A DNA stretch of 63,530 nucleotides, filler included, from an uncultured Clostridia bacterium (GCA_964441745.1; 3 parts of 3 records of this genome joined end to end with filler, not necessarily neighbours in it); one strand, 5' to 3'; shown: positions 29,978 through 40,336, numbered from the whole stretch's first letter. Notes: generated by a model not told the origin, from the sequence alone. Translations and numbers: made by a program.

Positions 29978-30886
29978 TCATTCTTCAAAAATAATATTAT
30001 CCACATATAACGTACTATTGGTCGGCGTACCCAGGTATTGCTCAAAGACTATAGCAAAATTACCCTTCATCTTGCTCCAATTTTTTACATCCGCAAAAGC
30101 TTTCAATGGTATTGAAACTTTCTGCCAGGTAGTACTGGCGCCATACGGCAGGAAATCACGTATATCTACTTTAAAGGCAGCCGTTCCATCTCCAAGTTCT
30201 ATTTCAAATACTTCCCCACCCTTAGCTCCTTTAACATTAAATGTGACCTTGTGATACTTGGTAAGATCAATACTATTTAATTTACTATAATATCCGGCAT
30301 AACCATTATTGACATTATACACCAATTTCAAAACACTGCCATTATCTTCTCCAGAACCAGCTGAGCTGCCTTTCTGGTACGATTCCAGGCAGAAACCACC
30401 GGTCCCGCCAAAAGTCCCGGTAAATCCGCCAATGGTACTGCGTTTAGACGCTTCGTTAAAGTTATCCATGACTAGCCTGGCCACTGGTACTGGTTTAGGA
30501 GGTTCAACAGGTTTTGATACTACCACCGGCTCTGGTTTAGGCTCTGGCTTAGGTTTAGGTAATGGCGGCAAAGGAGTTGGTTTAGGCGGTATTTTTACTT
30601 TTTCAATCTCCACTACTGGTGGCGCAGGAGGAGGTGGTGGTGTCGGCTTTGGTTTTTCTTTCACTACTACCGGTTGTGGAGAAGGTATTGGGTTTGGAGC
30701 TTCTACCACTACTAATGGCTCAGTAATAGGCGCTGCTACCTGCCCCGACCGGGAGGATATTTGCTGAAATATAAGCATACCCGCCATCAGCATGACCAGC
30801 GAATTGGCAATAGCGAATATGTTTAAGACGTTTTTATTTACTTGTATCACAGTACCCTCTAGTGTGGGTATTTGCACCCACTCCAC
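29978..30886 (-). CDS. Membrane-anchored protein with Pro-rich stalk and C-terminal carbohydrate-binding-like domain (CBM11/CIA30-like)
   Basis: TM, PKP/PPP linker, DL..Y..V.F.VKG..GGE.F..EL...WQKV.IPL..F...LYVDNI.F. Confidence 0.72.
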   Translation of the reverse strand: MEWVQIPTLEGTVIQVNKNVLNIFAIANSLVMLMAGMLIFQQISSRSGQVAAPITEPLVVVEAPNPIPSPQPVVVKEKPKPTPPPPPAPPVVEIEKVKIPPKPTPLPPLPKPKPEPKPEPVVVSKPVEPPKPVPVARLVMDNFNEASKRSTIGGFTGTFGGTGGFCLESYQKGSSAGSGEDNGSVLKLVYNVNNGYAGYYSKLNSIDLTKYHKVTFNVKGAKGGEVFEIELGDGTAAFKVDIRDFLPYGASTTWQKVSIPLKAFADVKNWSKMKGNFAIVFEQYLGTPTNSTLYVDNIIFEE

Positions 30887-30945
30887 TATAAATATGCCTT
30901 ATTTTTGGTTTCCAGTCAATACTTTTTACACATAAATATTATCAT

Positions 30946-31776
30946 TTACCAATACGCGGCGCGCTCAAGAATATATACTTTCACGGGCCGTTTGCCGAAT
31001 TTTTCGCTTTCTTTCCTCGTATTTAGTGATAGGTCTATTTTTTTACCCTTGATGGCGTTACCGGTATCAGCGGCATAGGCATAGCCATATCCCGGGATAT
31101 ACAACCTGGTGCGTAAAGGAATAACTTTAGGATCAACAGCCACTAATCCTCGCCTTAAGACGTATCCCAGAAAAGTATGTATGCCATCTCCTCCGGGATA
31201 ACACATCGGGTCGTAAGGATAATACGAGGTAGCGGTCATCCACATAGACTTTGCCCTGGTCAGGTCATATTCTTTAACTGCTTTACCTTGTTTATTTTTC
31301 AGTATGAGCTTATGTACTTTATTCTGCTCTACTGTTTCTTTAATGATCTCCCGGGAAAATTCGCGGCGGTCATGATATTTGACTTTTACCTGTCGCCAGC
31401 GCTGGCCGTAATAGCCGCGCTGCACTTCCGCCGGGCGTAAACTATTTCCAGTTTCACTGCGACTCGTTACCGTATATGGCAGTATTTCCTGGTTAGCAAC
31501 GATTTTCTCTTCGACCCTGGTAACCCTGATGGATTGTCCCGGTTTCAGACGCTGTCCAATATCCGGCTGGATAATATCCAGCGGGCCAAAACCGATCTTG
31601 CTGCTGCGCAGCACCTTTTCGACACGGCGGTCAACTCCACGGACACTGATCACCTTGCCGTCAACATACACATCCACCTTAGCGTAAACCCAATAATAGG
31701 GGATCAGGACGACGCTGCCTAAAAGAGCTAACGCTGTCCAGGCCTGCTGACTTTTTTTATTTTTATTGGCGTCCAT
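30946..31776 (-). CDS. G5 and 3D domain cell-wall protein (YabE-like); ORF extends to 31800
   Basis: ATSY...T..G...VAVDPKVIPL.T.LYIPGYG...AADTG.AIKG.KIDL (3D domain). Confidence 0.88.
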   Translation of the reverse strand: MDANKNKKSQQAWTALALLGSVVLIPYYWVYAKVDVYVDGKVISVRGVDRRVEKVLRSSKIGFGPLDIIQPDIGQRLKPGQSIRVTRVEEKIVANQEILPYTVTSRSETGNSLRPAEVQRGYYGQRWRQVKVKYHDRREFSREIIKETVEQNKVHKLILKNKQGKAVKEYDLTRAKSMWMTATSYYPYDPMCYPGGDGIHTFLGYVLRRGLVAVDPKVIPLRTRLYIPGYGYAYAADTGNAIKGKKIDLSLNTRKESEKFGKRPVKVYILERAAYW

Positions 31777-32380
31777 AGTTATTTTCCTGCATAATATCAT
31801 CGTAATGGCGCAGTTTGAAACGCACCCCTAATTCCTTTTCCACCAACTGCTGGACCGCTTTAATATTCACCGGCGGCAACGCCACCGCCGTGACAATGAT
31901 GTTAGCAATGTATGGTTTGCAGGCGAGAATAAACTCTTTTGTTTTTTGGTATGTCCCTGGGCCAAAGGCCGGCTGGCAGATCTGATTATACACATCCTCA
32001 TTCTCGGCATTCAGGCTAATACTAATTGTCGAGACATAAGGAGCTATCTCCGGGACAATATCACGCTGATGGATCAGGTTACCATGGCCATTAGTATTGA
32101 TGCGGACTGGGGTATTTTGTTCCTTTAAAACCTTACTCACGGCTATTACTTCCGGCAGTCGTAATAATGGTTCTCCATAACCGCAGAAGACTATTTCCCG
32201 AAAACGGGAGGGAGCCCCAATTGCTGCCAGGATCTCTTTTACTGACGGTTCCGCGGTCAAGGCCAGGTTATATCCCTGGATACTATCGGTTTTAAACCGT
32301 ACGCAAAAAGTACATTTATTAGTACAGCGGTTGGTAATATTTAAATATAGCGAATGCCCGATCTGGTAAACTATAGCCAA
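31763..32380 (-). CDS. TatD-associated radical SAM protein
   Basis: LYLNITNRCTNKCTFC (CxxxCxxC), EIVFCGYGEP, RINTNGHG; adjacent to tatD. Confidence 0.9.
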   Translation of the reverse strand: MAIVYQIGHSLYLNITNRCTNKCTFCVRFKTDSIQGYNLALTAEPSVKEILAAIGAPSRFREIVFCGYGEPLLRLPEVIAVSKVLKEQNTPVRINTNGHGNLIHQRDIVPEIAPYVSTISISLNAENEDVYNQICQPAFGPGTYQKTKEFILACKPYIANIIVTAVALPPVNIKAVQQLVEKELGVRFKLRHYDDIMQENNYGRQ

Positions 32381-32397
32381 TGAAAACCCTTTCCTGG

Positions 32398-32478
32398 AGC
32401 GTATAGCGTATAGCGTATGGCGGATAGCGGATAGTATTAAATCTTTTCTATACGCTAAACGCTACCCGCTTTACGCTA
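32398..32478. repeat. Heptamer-array inverted repeat (GCGTATA family), overlapping the tatD stop codon
   Basis: (gcgtata)2-gcgtatg-gcggata-gcggata ... ctatacg-ctaaacg-ctacccg-ctttacg. Confidence 0.85.
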
Positions 32479-33229
32479 GTTTAAATAACTTCCTGGCATT
32501 TTTTGTGGTTTGTTCGGCGACAACCGAAACTTCAATATTTTTTAGCGCCGCAATATTAGCCGCTATTTCTCCAAGATAGCTTGGTTCGTTGCGCTGTCCG
32601 CGATGAGCTTGCGGCGCCAGATAGGGAGCATCTGTTTCCAGCAGCAGCCGCTCCAGCGGTATCTCCCGGACCGCTGCCTGTAAATCCATAGCTTTAGGAA
32701 ATGTTACCGCACCGGTAACGCCTAAATACCATCCCAACTCGACCAGTTTCCGGGCCAAAAGAAGAGTTCCTGAAAAACAGTGTACAACTCCGGTTAATCC
32801 GGGAAAATCCTTTATTATCTCCAACACTTCTTCCCCGGCCTCCCGGCTATGAATAATTACCGGCAGAGATATTGTTGCCGCTAGCGTTAATTGCTCCCTA
32901 AAAACTTTTTTTTGCACATCCCGGGGAGACAGGTTCCGATAATAGTCCAAGCCTATCTCGCCAATAGCCACTACTTTTTTCTGCTGACTCAAGGCAGTTA
33001 GTAACGTACCGGTATTACCCTGCCAGGCGCTGGCATCATGAGGATGGATCCCTACGGAAGCAAAGACCTGCTCCTGTTGGAGGGCAAGTGATACGGCCCC
33101 CTGACTCGATATATAATCATAACCCACTGTAATAATCTGCTGGATTCCGGAGGCAAAGGCGCGTTTGATGACAGCATCCTGGTCTGATTGAAAAACCTGA
33201 CCCTGTAAATGGGCGTGAGTATCGATCAT
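32471..33229 (-). CDS. tatD: TatD family hydrolase
   Basis: IDTHAHL, GIHPH, IGEIGLDY, IIHSRE, HCFSG, LLETDAPYLAP. Confidence 0.95.
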   Translation of the reverse strand: MIDTHAHLQGQVFQSDQDAVIKRAFASGIQQIITVGYDYISSQGAVSLALQQEQVFASVGIHPHDASAWQGNTGTLLTALSQQKKVVAIGEIGLDYYRNLSPRDVQKKVFREQLTLAATISLPVIIHSREAGEEVLEIIKDFPGLTGVVHCFSGTLLLARKLVELGWYLGVTGAVTFPKAMDLQAAVREIPLERLLLETDAPYLAPQAHRGQRNEPSYLGEIAANIAALKNIEVSVVAEQTTKNARKLFKLA

Positions 33230-33239
33230 AAAAAGATTC

Positions 33240-34763
33240 TTAAATTAGTTTCGGAAATAACGGCACTCCTTTTTGCACTTTGGTCCCCGCAGGGATCTGT
33301 CCCAGACTAATATTTTTCAGGTTAATAGCCGATAAATTCTCAGATAGGCCAAGTTGTTCCCAAATTCTCGCCGCGCTGCCAGGCATGAACGGGTAAAGAT
33401 AGGCTGCCACAAGTCGTAAAACGTCGGTTAAGGTATATAAAACCACGGCTAGCCGGTCAAGATCTGTTTTAGCCAGTTTCCAGGGCGCTTCTTCTTCAAT
33501 ATATTTGTTGGCCAGGTCGATGATCGCCCAAATACTTTCCAGGGCCTGGCTAAAAGCTGCCTCAGCCAGTTTCTTTTCCACCTCGGCTAATAAATCCCCG
33601 ACTGGTTTTTCAAATTTATCAATGTGTTTCCCGGTACCGTTTACCGGAATAATCCCGTCAAAATATTTTTCCAGCATGGTTAAGGTCCGGTTGAGCAGGT
33701 TCCCCAGGTTGTTAGCCAGGTCAGCCTGATAACGAGCCTGCAAAGCAGTTTCGGAAAAATTGCCATCCAGTCCAAAGGGTACTTCCCGCAGCAGGAAATA
33801 GCGGTAAGCATCAATACCTACTTTAGCTATCACTGCATATGGATCCACCACGTTGCCCTTGGATTTGGACATTTTCTGACCTTCTACCGTCCACCAACCG
33901 TGAGCCACTACTTTCTTCGGCAGAGGCACATCCGCAGCCAGGAGCATGGTTGGCCAGATCACGGCATGGAATTTTAAAATATCTTTACCGATCATATGGA
34001 TATCCACCGGCCAGAAACGCTCAAACAAGTCCTGGTGTTTTTTATATCCTAAGGCGCTCAGGTAATTAACCAACGCGTCAAACCAGACATAAATTACCTG
34101 TTCCTGGTCAAAAGGACAGGTGATGCCCCAACTGATCCTGGATTTAGGCCGGGAGACGCTGAGGTCCTTAAGCCCGCCTTTGACAAAACTCATTATTTCA
34201 TTGAACCGCCCGTGGGGATGCACAAAATCAGGATGTGTTTCCAGGAATGCCAGTAACGGTTTCTCGTATTTAGACATTTTAAACAAATAAGTTTTTTCAC
34301 TGATCTTTTCCAGCTGGCAACCACAATCAGGACAAACTCCATTTTGAATCTGGGTTTCCTGCCAAAAAGTTTCACAAGGAACGCAATACCAGCCCTCATA
34401 CTGGCCGGGATAAATATCGCCTTTTTTATACAATTCCGCGAAAAATGCCTGCACCACTTCTTGATGGCGCGGCTCAGTGGTACGGATAAAATCATCCTGG
34501 CTGATCTCCAGCGCCTTCCAGAGATTCTGGTAGGTTAACACATTTTTATCAACCAGGGCTTGCGGTTCCATATTCAGGGCTTTAGCTGCCTGCGCCACTT
34601 TTTGCCCATGCTCGTCTGTCCCGGTTAAAAAATAAACCTGGTATCCAGTCAGGCGCTTGAACCTGGCCAGGACATCGCAGGCAATACTGGTATAAGAATG
34701 CCCGATATGCGGCTTATCATTGACATAATAGATCGGGGTGGTAATATAAAAAGATGGTTTCAT
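33240..34763 (-). CDS. metG: Methionine--tRNA ligase (short form)
   Basis: ITTPIYYVN..PHIGH, GTDEHG, YVWFDAL, KMSKS. Confidence 0.97.
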   Translation of the reverse strand: MKPSFYITTPIYYVNDKPHIGHSYTSIACDVLARFKRLTGYQVYFLTGTDEHGQKVAQAAKALNMEPQALVDKNVLTYQNLWKALEISQDDFIRTTEPRHQEVVQAFFAELYKKGDIYPGQYEGWYCVPCETFWQETQIQNGVCPDCGCQLEKISEKTYLFKMSKYEKPLLAFLETHPDFVHPHGRFNEIMSFVKGGLKDLSVSRPKSRISWGITCPFDQEQVIYVWFDALVNYLSALGYKKHQDLFERFWPVDIHMIGKDILKFHAVIWPTMLLAADVPLPKKVVAHGWWTVEGQKMSKSKGNVVDPYAVIAKVGIDAYRYFLLREVPFGLDGNFSETALQARYQADLANNLGNLLNRTLTMLEKYFDGIIPVNGTGKHIDKFEKPVGDLLAEVEKKLAEAAFSQALESIWAIIDLANKYIEEEAPWKLAKTDLDRLAVVLYTLTDVLRLVAAYLYPFMPGSAARIWEQLGLSENLSAINLKNISLGQIPAGTKVQKGVPLFPKLI

Positions 34764-35582
34764 CTACTTAACTTCTTTCTCATCTATATTCAGGCTTTTT
34801 ATGTCCGCTACTTTGTCTTCCCGGGTGGTGCCGTCTTCCATTTCCAGAGTCACGGTTTGCCGCAAAATATTAATCCCTCTCACCTTGCCTATTCCTTCTT
34901 TAACCTTGAGCTTGGTGTCTATCTCCGGATATCTTTTCTTTTCTTCCTGGTAAAATGTATATTCGTAAGACAAACAGCACATCAGGCGGCCGCACACGCC
35001 GGAAATTTTGCTCGAGGCCAATGATAATTCCTGTTCCTTGGCCATATCAATGGTCACCGGCTTAAAATCTTTCAGGAAAGTCACGCAGCAAAGCCGCCGG
35101 CCGCAGCAGCCAAAACCGCCCACCATTTTGGCTTCATCCCGCACACCCACCTGGCACATTTCTATCCTGGTCTTGAAAATATAGGCCAGATCTTTAACCA
35201 GTTCCCGGAAATCAACACGTTCCGGCGCAGTATAATAAATAAAAAGCTTACTGCGGCTAAAGGTGTATTCCACTGTTACCAGTTTCATGTTTAATTCGCG
35301 GTCTTCCACTTTTTCGACACATGAACAAAAAGCTTCTTCTTCTTTTTTTTGATTAAAGGTTATTTGGCTGCGGTCCTCGCGGGACAACCGCCGCACTACC
35401 TTGCGGATATCTGCCGGCAGTGTTTCTACTGTCCGGGGCAATGATAAAAGGGTCGCTACTTCCAGGCCATTTTCCGTATCGATCAGGCATTCTTCGCTGG
35501 AGGTAAGCTCTAATTGGTCAGAGACGTAAAAATATCCGACTTCTTTCAGTTTGCGATAAGCAGCTTGTACGATCTTAGGCAT
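34764..35582 (-). CDS. ricT: PSP1-domain protein (RicT/YaaT family)
   Basis: RVDFRELVKDLA..F.TRIE, G.CGR.LCC, KISG.CGRLMCCL.YE. Confidence 0.9.
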   Translation of the reverse strand: MPKIVQAAYRKLKEVGYFYVSDQLELTSSEECLIDTENGLEVATLLSLPRTVETLPADIRKVVRRLSREDRSQITFNQKKEEEAFCSCVEKVEDRELNMKLVTVEYTFSRSKLFIYYTAPERVDFRELVKDLAYIFKTRIEMCQVGVRDEAKMVGGFGCCGRRLCCVTFLKDFKPVTIDMAKEQELSLASSKISGVCGRLMCCLSYEYTFYQEEKKRYPEIDTKLKVKEGIGKVRGINILRQTVTLEMEDGTTREDKVADIKSLNIDEKEVK

Positions 35583-36507
35583 GTCTCATCCTTAAAAATA
35601 TATTTTCCAATACTAGTTGAAGATTTATATTAACGGTCAGATCTTTTTTAGCCCGCAAAATCAAATCAATAATTTCATCATCCTGTTGATAGTCTGGCGC
35701 TGATCCTTTCGGAAAGGCTCTAAACCGCTGCGCACAGACATATAAAAGCAGGTTGAGCCAGATTTCAGCCTGTTCCTTATCCCGGCCAAGCCTTTGCGCT
35801 TGGGCCAGGACCGCAGCCATATCTGTCTCTTTTATCTCCTGCAGAAAATCATCCAGCTCAGCTTTTATATCTAAAATCCCTTTTGCTAAATAGGTTTGGG
35901 CTAAGCCCAAACTGCCGCCGGCAAAATCCGCCAAAAAACTGGCCTGGCTATCTTCCAGTTGGCCTTGCTCCTGCAGGCAGCGCCTTACTTCCTCTGCCGG
36001 TAAAGGTTTAAATTCCACTTTTTGGCAGCGGGAGCGGATGGTCAACAGCAAGGCTGCGGGATTGGCTGTGATCAAGATAATTAAGGTGTTTAAAGGCGGC
36101 TCTTCCAGTGTCTTGAGCAGGCAATTAGCCGCATCTTTGGTTAAAATATGGGCATCATCAATGATATAAACTTTTTTCAACGCCTCAACCGGACGCAAGG
36201 AAATATCCGCGCGTAATTGAAAAATTTGTTCGATTTTAAGGTTCTTAGCTTTTTCTTCCCTGGTAATGATCTTCACTTCAGGATGATTGCGGCCGGCAAT
36301 TTTACGGCAACTGGCGCATTGCAGGCATGGCCCCTGGTCACTAAATTGACGGCAATTTAAGGCTTGTGCCAGGTGTAAAGCTACGCGCTTCTTACCAATA
36401 CCATCAAGCCCGCTAAAAAGCAAAGCAGAGGCCACATGACTATTTTTTACCGCCTCATACAACCGGGCAATAATATCTTGATGTCCAATAATTCCGCTGC
36501 TGTTCAT
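35575..36507 (-). CDS. holB: DNA polymerase III subunit delta'
   Basis: G.DGIGK, C..C.SC, AN.LLKTLEEPP, TIRSRCQ; follows tmk. Confidence 0.92.
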   Translation of the reverse strand: MNSSGIIGHQDIIARLYEAVKNSHVASALLFSGLDGIGKKRVALHLAQALNCRQFSDQGPCLQCASCRKIAGRNHPEVKIITREEKAKNLKIEQIFQLRADISLRPVEALKKVYIIDDAHILTKDAANCLLKTLEEPPLNTLIILITANPAALLLTIRSRCQKVEFKPLPAEEVRRCLQEQGQLEDSQASFLADFAGGSLGLAQTYLAKGILDIKAELDDFLQEIKETDMAAVLAQAQRLGRDKEQAEIWLNLLLYVCAQRFRAFPKGSAPDYQQDDEIIDLILRAKKDLTVNINLQLVLENIFLRMRHA

Positions 36508-37145
36508 TGTCCTAGTTTCTTATTGATCATACATCTTATTTGCTGCTGGATCTGCTCAATGGGGCCAGACCCGGAAATTTTTTTGATCCGTTGCGGCTCC
36601 TGCTCTGCCAGCTCAAGATAGCCCCGGCGGACACGCCGATGAAAACTGAGCTTTTCCAGTTCAAACCGGTCTTTGGACCCCTTAGCTTCAAGTACTTTTT
36701 TCAATCCCCGCTCCGGAGGGACATCTAATAAAAACGTCAGGTCCGGTATTAAACCGCCAGCCGCCAGATGGTTCATCTTTCTAATGAGTTTAAGATCGAC
36801 ACCACGTCCGTAACCCTGATAGGCCAGCGTAGCATCATTAAACCTTTCACAAACTACGACCACACCCCGGGCTAAGGCCGGATTAATAACTTCCTGCACA
36901 TGCTGGGACCGGCTCGCCCAATATAAAAAGAGCTCAGTTTCAGGGGTTATTTTATTATGCGGGGAAAGAAGCAGCCGGCGGATGCTTTCCGCGATCCGGT
37001 CACCGCCTGGTTCTCTGGTGTGCAGGACTTTGTATCCGGATTTTTTTAAGAACTTAATTAATAAAAGGGCTTGAGTGCTTTTCCCGCTGCCATCAGGTCC
37101 TTCCAAAGTGATAAATATACCTGGATATTTCATTGCCTTACTCAT
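36504..37145 (-). CDS. tmk: Thymidylate kinase
   Basis: FITLEGPDGSGKSTQ, TREPGG, AYQGYGRG, PDLT.LLD. Confidence 0.96.
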   Translation of the reverse strand: MSKAMKYPGIFITLEGPDGSGKSTQALLLIKFLKKSGYKVLHTREPGGDRIAESIRRLLLSPHNKITPETELFLYWASRSQHVQEVINPALARGVVVVCERFNDATLAYQGYGRGVDLKLIRKMNHLAAGGLIPDLTFLLDVPPERGLKKVLEAKGSKDRFELEKLSFHRRVRRGYLELAEQEPQRIKKISGSGPIEQIQQQIRCMINKKLGQ

Positions 37146-37632
37146 TCCGCAAATGGGTATAACTTGTCAGCGTAACTTTTTGACCTTTTTTTTCTGCTAC
37201 TAACTGGATCTTAACACAACGCAGGTCTTCTTCTAACGGCAGACTCGTCTCGTTCTTTTTTTCAAAAACCAGGCTGGTGACATCAGGCATTATATTACTT
37301 TCTATATTATTAAACCGTCTGACCAGGCTGCCATTTCCTAAATAATAGGCATAGCTTAAAACACCGGCATCTTTGTTTACCTGATAGGTGATCATACTAT
37401 TAGCCGGGACAGCGGCAGGATCTATGACCACTGTAGCCGCTGAGGCTCCTAGCAGGCTTTTGGTCATTTCATCCATCGCATTGCGCGCGTTTTGCTGGAG
37501 CTCCAGTTTAGCATAATTGGATGACCAGCTTTTTACACTGTTGGTAAAAAACCTGGAACTGCCGGCGATAACTATGGCCATAATCGCCACGGCGATCATG
37601 ACTTCTATGAGCGTATATCCTTTGCGATACAC
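37138..37632 (-). CDS. Minor pilin (PilW-like)
   Basis: RKG/YTLIEVMIAVAI; LQQNAR.AM. Confidence 0.85.
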   Translation of the reverse strand: MYRKGYTLIEVMIAVAIMAIVIAGSSRFFTNSVKSWSSNYAKLELQQNARNAMDEMTKSLLGASAATVVIDPAAVPANSMITYQVNKDAGVLSYAYYLGNGSLVRRFNNIESNIMPDVTSLVFEKKNETSLPLEEDLRCVKIQLVAEKKGQKVTLTSYTHLRNE

Positions 37633-37665
37633 TGGTCCCTCCGGGTATAGTGCCAGGCTTTTTGC

Positions 37666-38631
37666 TTAAATTTTTAATTCCTGCCAGGTTAAAAGATGGA
37701 ACGGGAAAAGATTGCCAGCCGCAATTATGCTTAACGCATCATACTCAACCCTGGGCGTGCCTGCATTGAAATTCATCTCACTACTGCCCGCACAGAGCAA
37801 AGCGCCATGAATTAAGCAATTCCCGTGCATGGTTACAGCTCCAAGCACATAAATCACGCCATTGAACACTGCTCCCCCGGACATATCAAAATCGCCATTG
37901 ACAATAAGAATGCCCGAGCCGTTCCAGGTGCTATTGAGCGTTACATTCCCATCTACCCAGGTGATCCCATGACAAGTAGGATTATTACCAGGATTGGTAT
38001 AATGAGTGGCGGCCAGCGCGGACATTGACGACATAGTCACCCCAAAAGTATCTTCAAAAGAAGGGAAAATGGCGTTCCCCCAGGAAGCAGCTGGTGGAAC
38101 AGCACCTGCCCCAGTAACGTTCTCCTCTTTTTGAATTTGTGGAGTTGTGCCAATAGGGACCAAAATAGCTGTGAGCGTGCCACCTGATATTTCACTATCC
38201 CCTTTTACTTTAACCGGCCCGTTGCATTGCACCGCGCTATTAACGGTGACATCGGCGCTTATTCTTTCGCAGAGGACTTTTACTTTCCTCTGAGAAGAGC
38301 CGATTTGCCCGGTCGAGATAATTTCCCTTTGGTCTGGATAGCCAGCCGGGGTGCTGACACTAACAGTAAATGTTCCCTCTCCTAAACTGGTATCTGTCTC
38401 GCCATTATAAGAACCACGGTCAAGTTCCCACATGGCTTGCCTGACCCCACCCTCAGCGACATAAAGCGCGGCGTTCAGTTTATTGCTCCTGGTACTTTTT
38501 TTAGCTTCGTTGCCGCTTAACAAGACCAGGCTTGCCCCGATGATAAAAACAATTAAAACTACGACCATGGCAAAAACTATGGTGTCGCCCTGATTATTCT
38601 GCTTATACCAATTCCGGGACAGTTTATACAT
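37666..38631 (-). CDS. PilX-like minor pilin with C-terminal beta-helix-like region
   Basis: NNQG leader, ALYVAEGG PilX motif, GILIV.GD..F.G.IYV.G, terminal WQE. Confidence 0.75.
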   Translation of the reverse strand: MYKLSRNWYKQNNQGDTIVFAMVVVLIVFIIGASLVLLSGNEAKKSTRSNKLNAALYVAEGGVRQAMWELDRGSYNGETDTSLGEGTFTVSVSTPAGYPDQREIISTGQIGSSQRKVKVLCERISADVTVNSAVQCNGPVKVKGDSEISGGTLTAILVPIGTTPQIQKEENVTGAGAVPPAASWGNAIFPSFEDTFGVTMSSMSALAATHYTNPGNNPTCHGITWVDGNVTLNSTWNGSGILIVNGDFDMSGGAVFNGVIYVLGAVTMHGNCLIHGALLCAGSSEMNFNAGTPRVEYDALSIIAAGNLFPFHLLTWQELKI

Positions 38632-38663
38632 AAATTATCTCCTCAAGCTTCTATATTCCTGTT

Positions 38664-39125
38664 TTATACTCCTTTTGCTACCAAACTCGTCAGAATAATC
38701 TCCTGTACTCTGCCCCGTTCATTCCAGCTAACTTTAACCTCCACTCTTTTAAGCCCTAAATCGCTTGCTGACGGACTTAAAACTCCACTTACCTTTTGCA
38801 TATAAGTGATGGTTACTTGCCGGGTAAAAATCAAAATCCCGTTTTGGGCCAAGGTTTGTGAAACTTCGAGCCCCCAGGGGTCCGGGGTCCACGAACCTAC
38901 TGGTAAGGTATCATACTCCCGGTTTATGATATCCTCCATTTTGGCCCGGGCGTAATTATTGGCCAAGGTCCCAAACTCACTGGTCTTGGAGGACATAGTG
39001 ACTGAAGCAAAAAGCCTGGCGACGATGAGCATGGCATAACCTAAGACCATGATCGCCACGCAAATTTCCAGTAAAGTAAAACCAGCTTGACGCTTTGATT
39101 TTTTTAGATTTTTTAGTCTGTGCAT
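38664..39125 (-). CDS. Minor pilin (PilV-like)
   Basis: RQAG/FTLLEI; A...A..KME; LKRVEVKVSW. Confidence 0.85.
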   Translation of the reverse strand: MHRLKNLKKSKRQAGFTLLEICVAIMVLGYAMLIVARLFASVTMSSKTSEFGTLANNYARAKMEDIINREYDTLPVGSWTPDPWGLEVSQTLAQNGILIFTRQVTITYMQKVSGVLSPSASDLGLKRVEVKVSWNERGRVQEIILTSLVAKGV

Positions 39126-39296
39126 AGTTAACTCCCCTATTTTCCCTCTCTATTATTATAAATATACCACTAACCCTATAGTATATCAATGCTTTTTTAG
39201 CTAAAAACAGTTAAAATAAACATCAATAGCCAGCGTTGCATTATGCACCACCAGCTATTATTATAGGGATTTCCTTTCCAGTATATTTTTAACACA

Positions 39297-39570
39297 GAGA
39301 GACAGGGTCTATCTTACGCTAAAGCTTCGGCAGATAAAATTCTCTCCAAACTTGCCTTACGAAGCCATCCTCCCCGCCTGTTTTTCCATAGGCGAAGTAA
39401 TGGCGGAGCTTTTTAACCGAAATTCGAACTTTCTTCGAAGAAAATCCTTCGACTACGCTCAAGACTTCGCTCTCTTGGTTCGCCCCCGCTCTGCGGGGTC
39501 GTAGGGCTTAAGTACTAAGACCTGGTTCCGGTCAAAAATTCCTTCCCACACCCCTTCCTTTTTGCCCGAA
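39297..39570 (+). repeat. 274-bp direct repeat, copy 1
   Basis: Identical to 40337-40610 except for 2 substitutions (manual comparison). Confidence 0.95.
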
Positions 39571-39580
39571 AAAGCTTCTA

Positions 39581-39907
39581 TTATTTGATTTTTAAAAGCT
39601 GTCTCTTTAGCGCAGGGATATCTTCTGTCACAGTGCGCCATACAGCTTCCAAGTCTACGCCAAAATATTCATGAATTAGCATATCCCTCATCCCAGCTAT
39701 GTCTTTCCAAGGAATATCTTTATGCTTATTTCTTATTGCAGAACTCAGATTCTTTGTTGCTTCTCCTATGATTTCTATTTGCCGTATCACTGCGCTTTGG
39801 ATAAGCTTACTTTCACGGAATTCTTTTTTAGTGCGCTTGGCTGTAAAGGTTTCTATGTCTCTAATTGCATCTTTAATATGCGCTAGATAAACTTTATCGC
39901 TTTTCAT
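39581..39907 (-). CDS. HEPN/DUF86 ribonuclease toxin (HepT-like)
   Basis: AVIRQIEIIGEA, IPW..IAGMRDMLIHEYF (RxxxxH). Confidence 0.92.
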   Translation of the reverse strand: MKSDKVYLAHIKDAIRDIETFTAKRTKKEFRESKLIQSAVIRQIEIIGEATKNLSSAIRNKHKDIPWKDIAGMRDMLIHEYFGVDLEAVWRTVTEDIPALKRQLLKIK

Positions 39908-40205
39908 ATAGCACCTTTATCTCATTTAATACATCCTTTTTCAAATAAGGGCTTAATCCTCCTACTGTCAACAGGTCTGTCTTCCTCTTAAAAACGTTCT
40001 GAAAATTCCTTTTTAATTGCACTAATCCTATCAGCCCTTTTTCTTTGCCCTTTTCAAATTTGATCAACACATCAACATCACTCTTAGCCCTTTGTTTGCC
40101 TCGAGCATATGAACCAAAAATGCCCAACATAATAATATCATTATTTTTGCATATTTTTGTTAACCTTGCAGATATCTTTTTGCTAGATATTATATTTATA
40201 GCCAT
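39894..40205 (-). CDS. Minimal nucleotidyltransferase antitoxin (MntA-like)
   Basis: FGSYARG.Q...SDVDVL; overlaps the HEPN gene. Confidence 0.92.
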   Translation of the reverse strand: MAINIISSKKISARLTKICKNNDIIMLGIFGSYARGKQRAKSDVDVLIKFEKGKEKGLIGLVQLKRNFQNVFKRKTDLLTVGGLSPYLKKDVLNEIKVLYEKR

Positions 40206-40336
40206 TTTATATCCCTTTTCCTCTTAATATTTTTACAGCTACTATTTTGATTTTGTATGAATACTCCGCATCAGAACTTTGTTGGAAGCAAACATTGGGG
40301 AATCCCCCCAGTTTTCAAAAATGTGAAAAAATGGCG

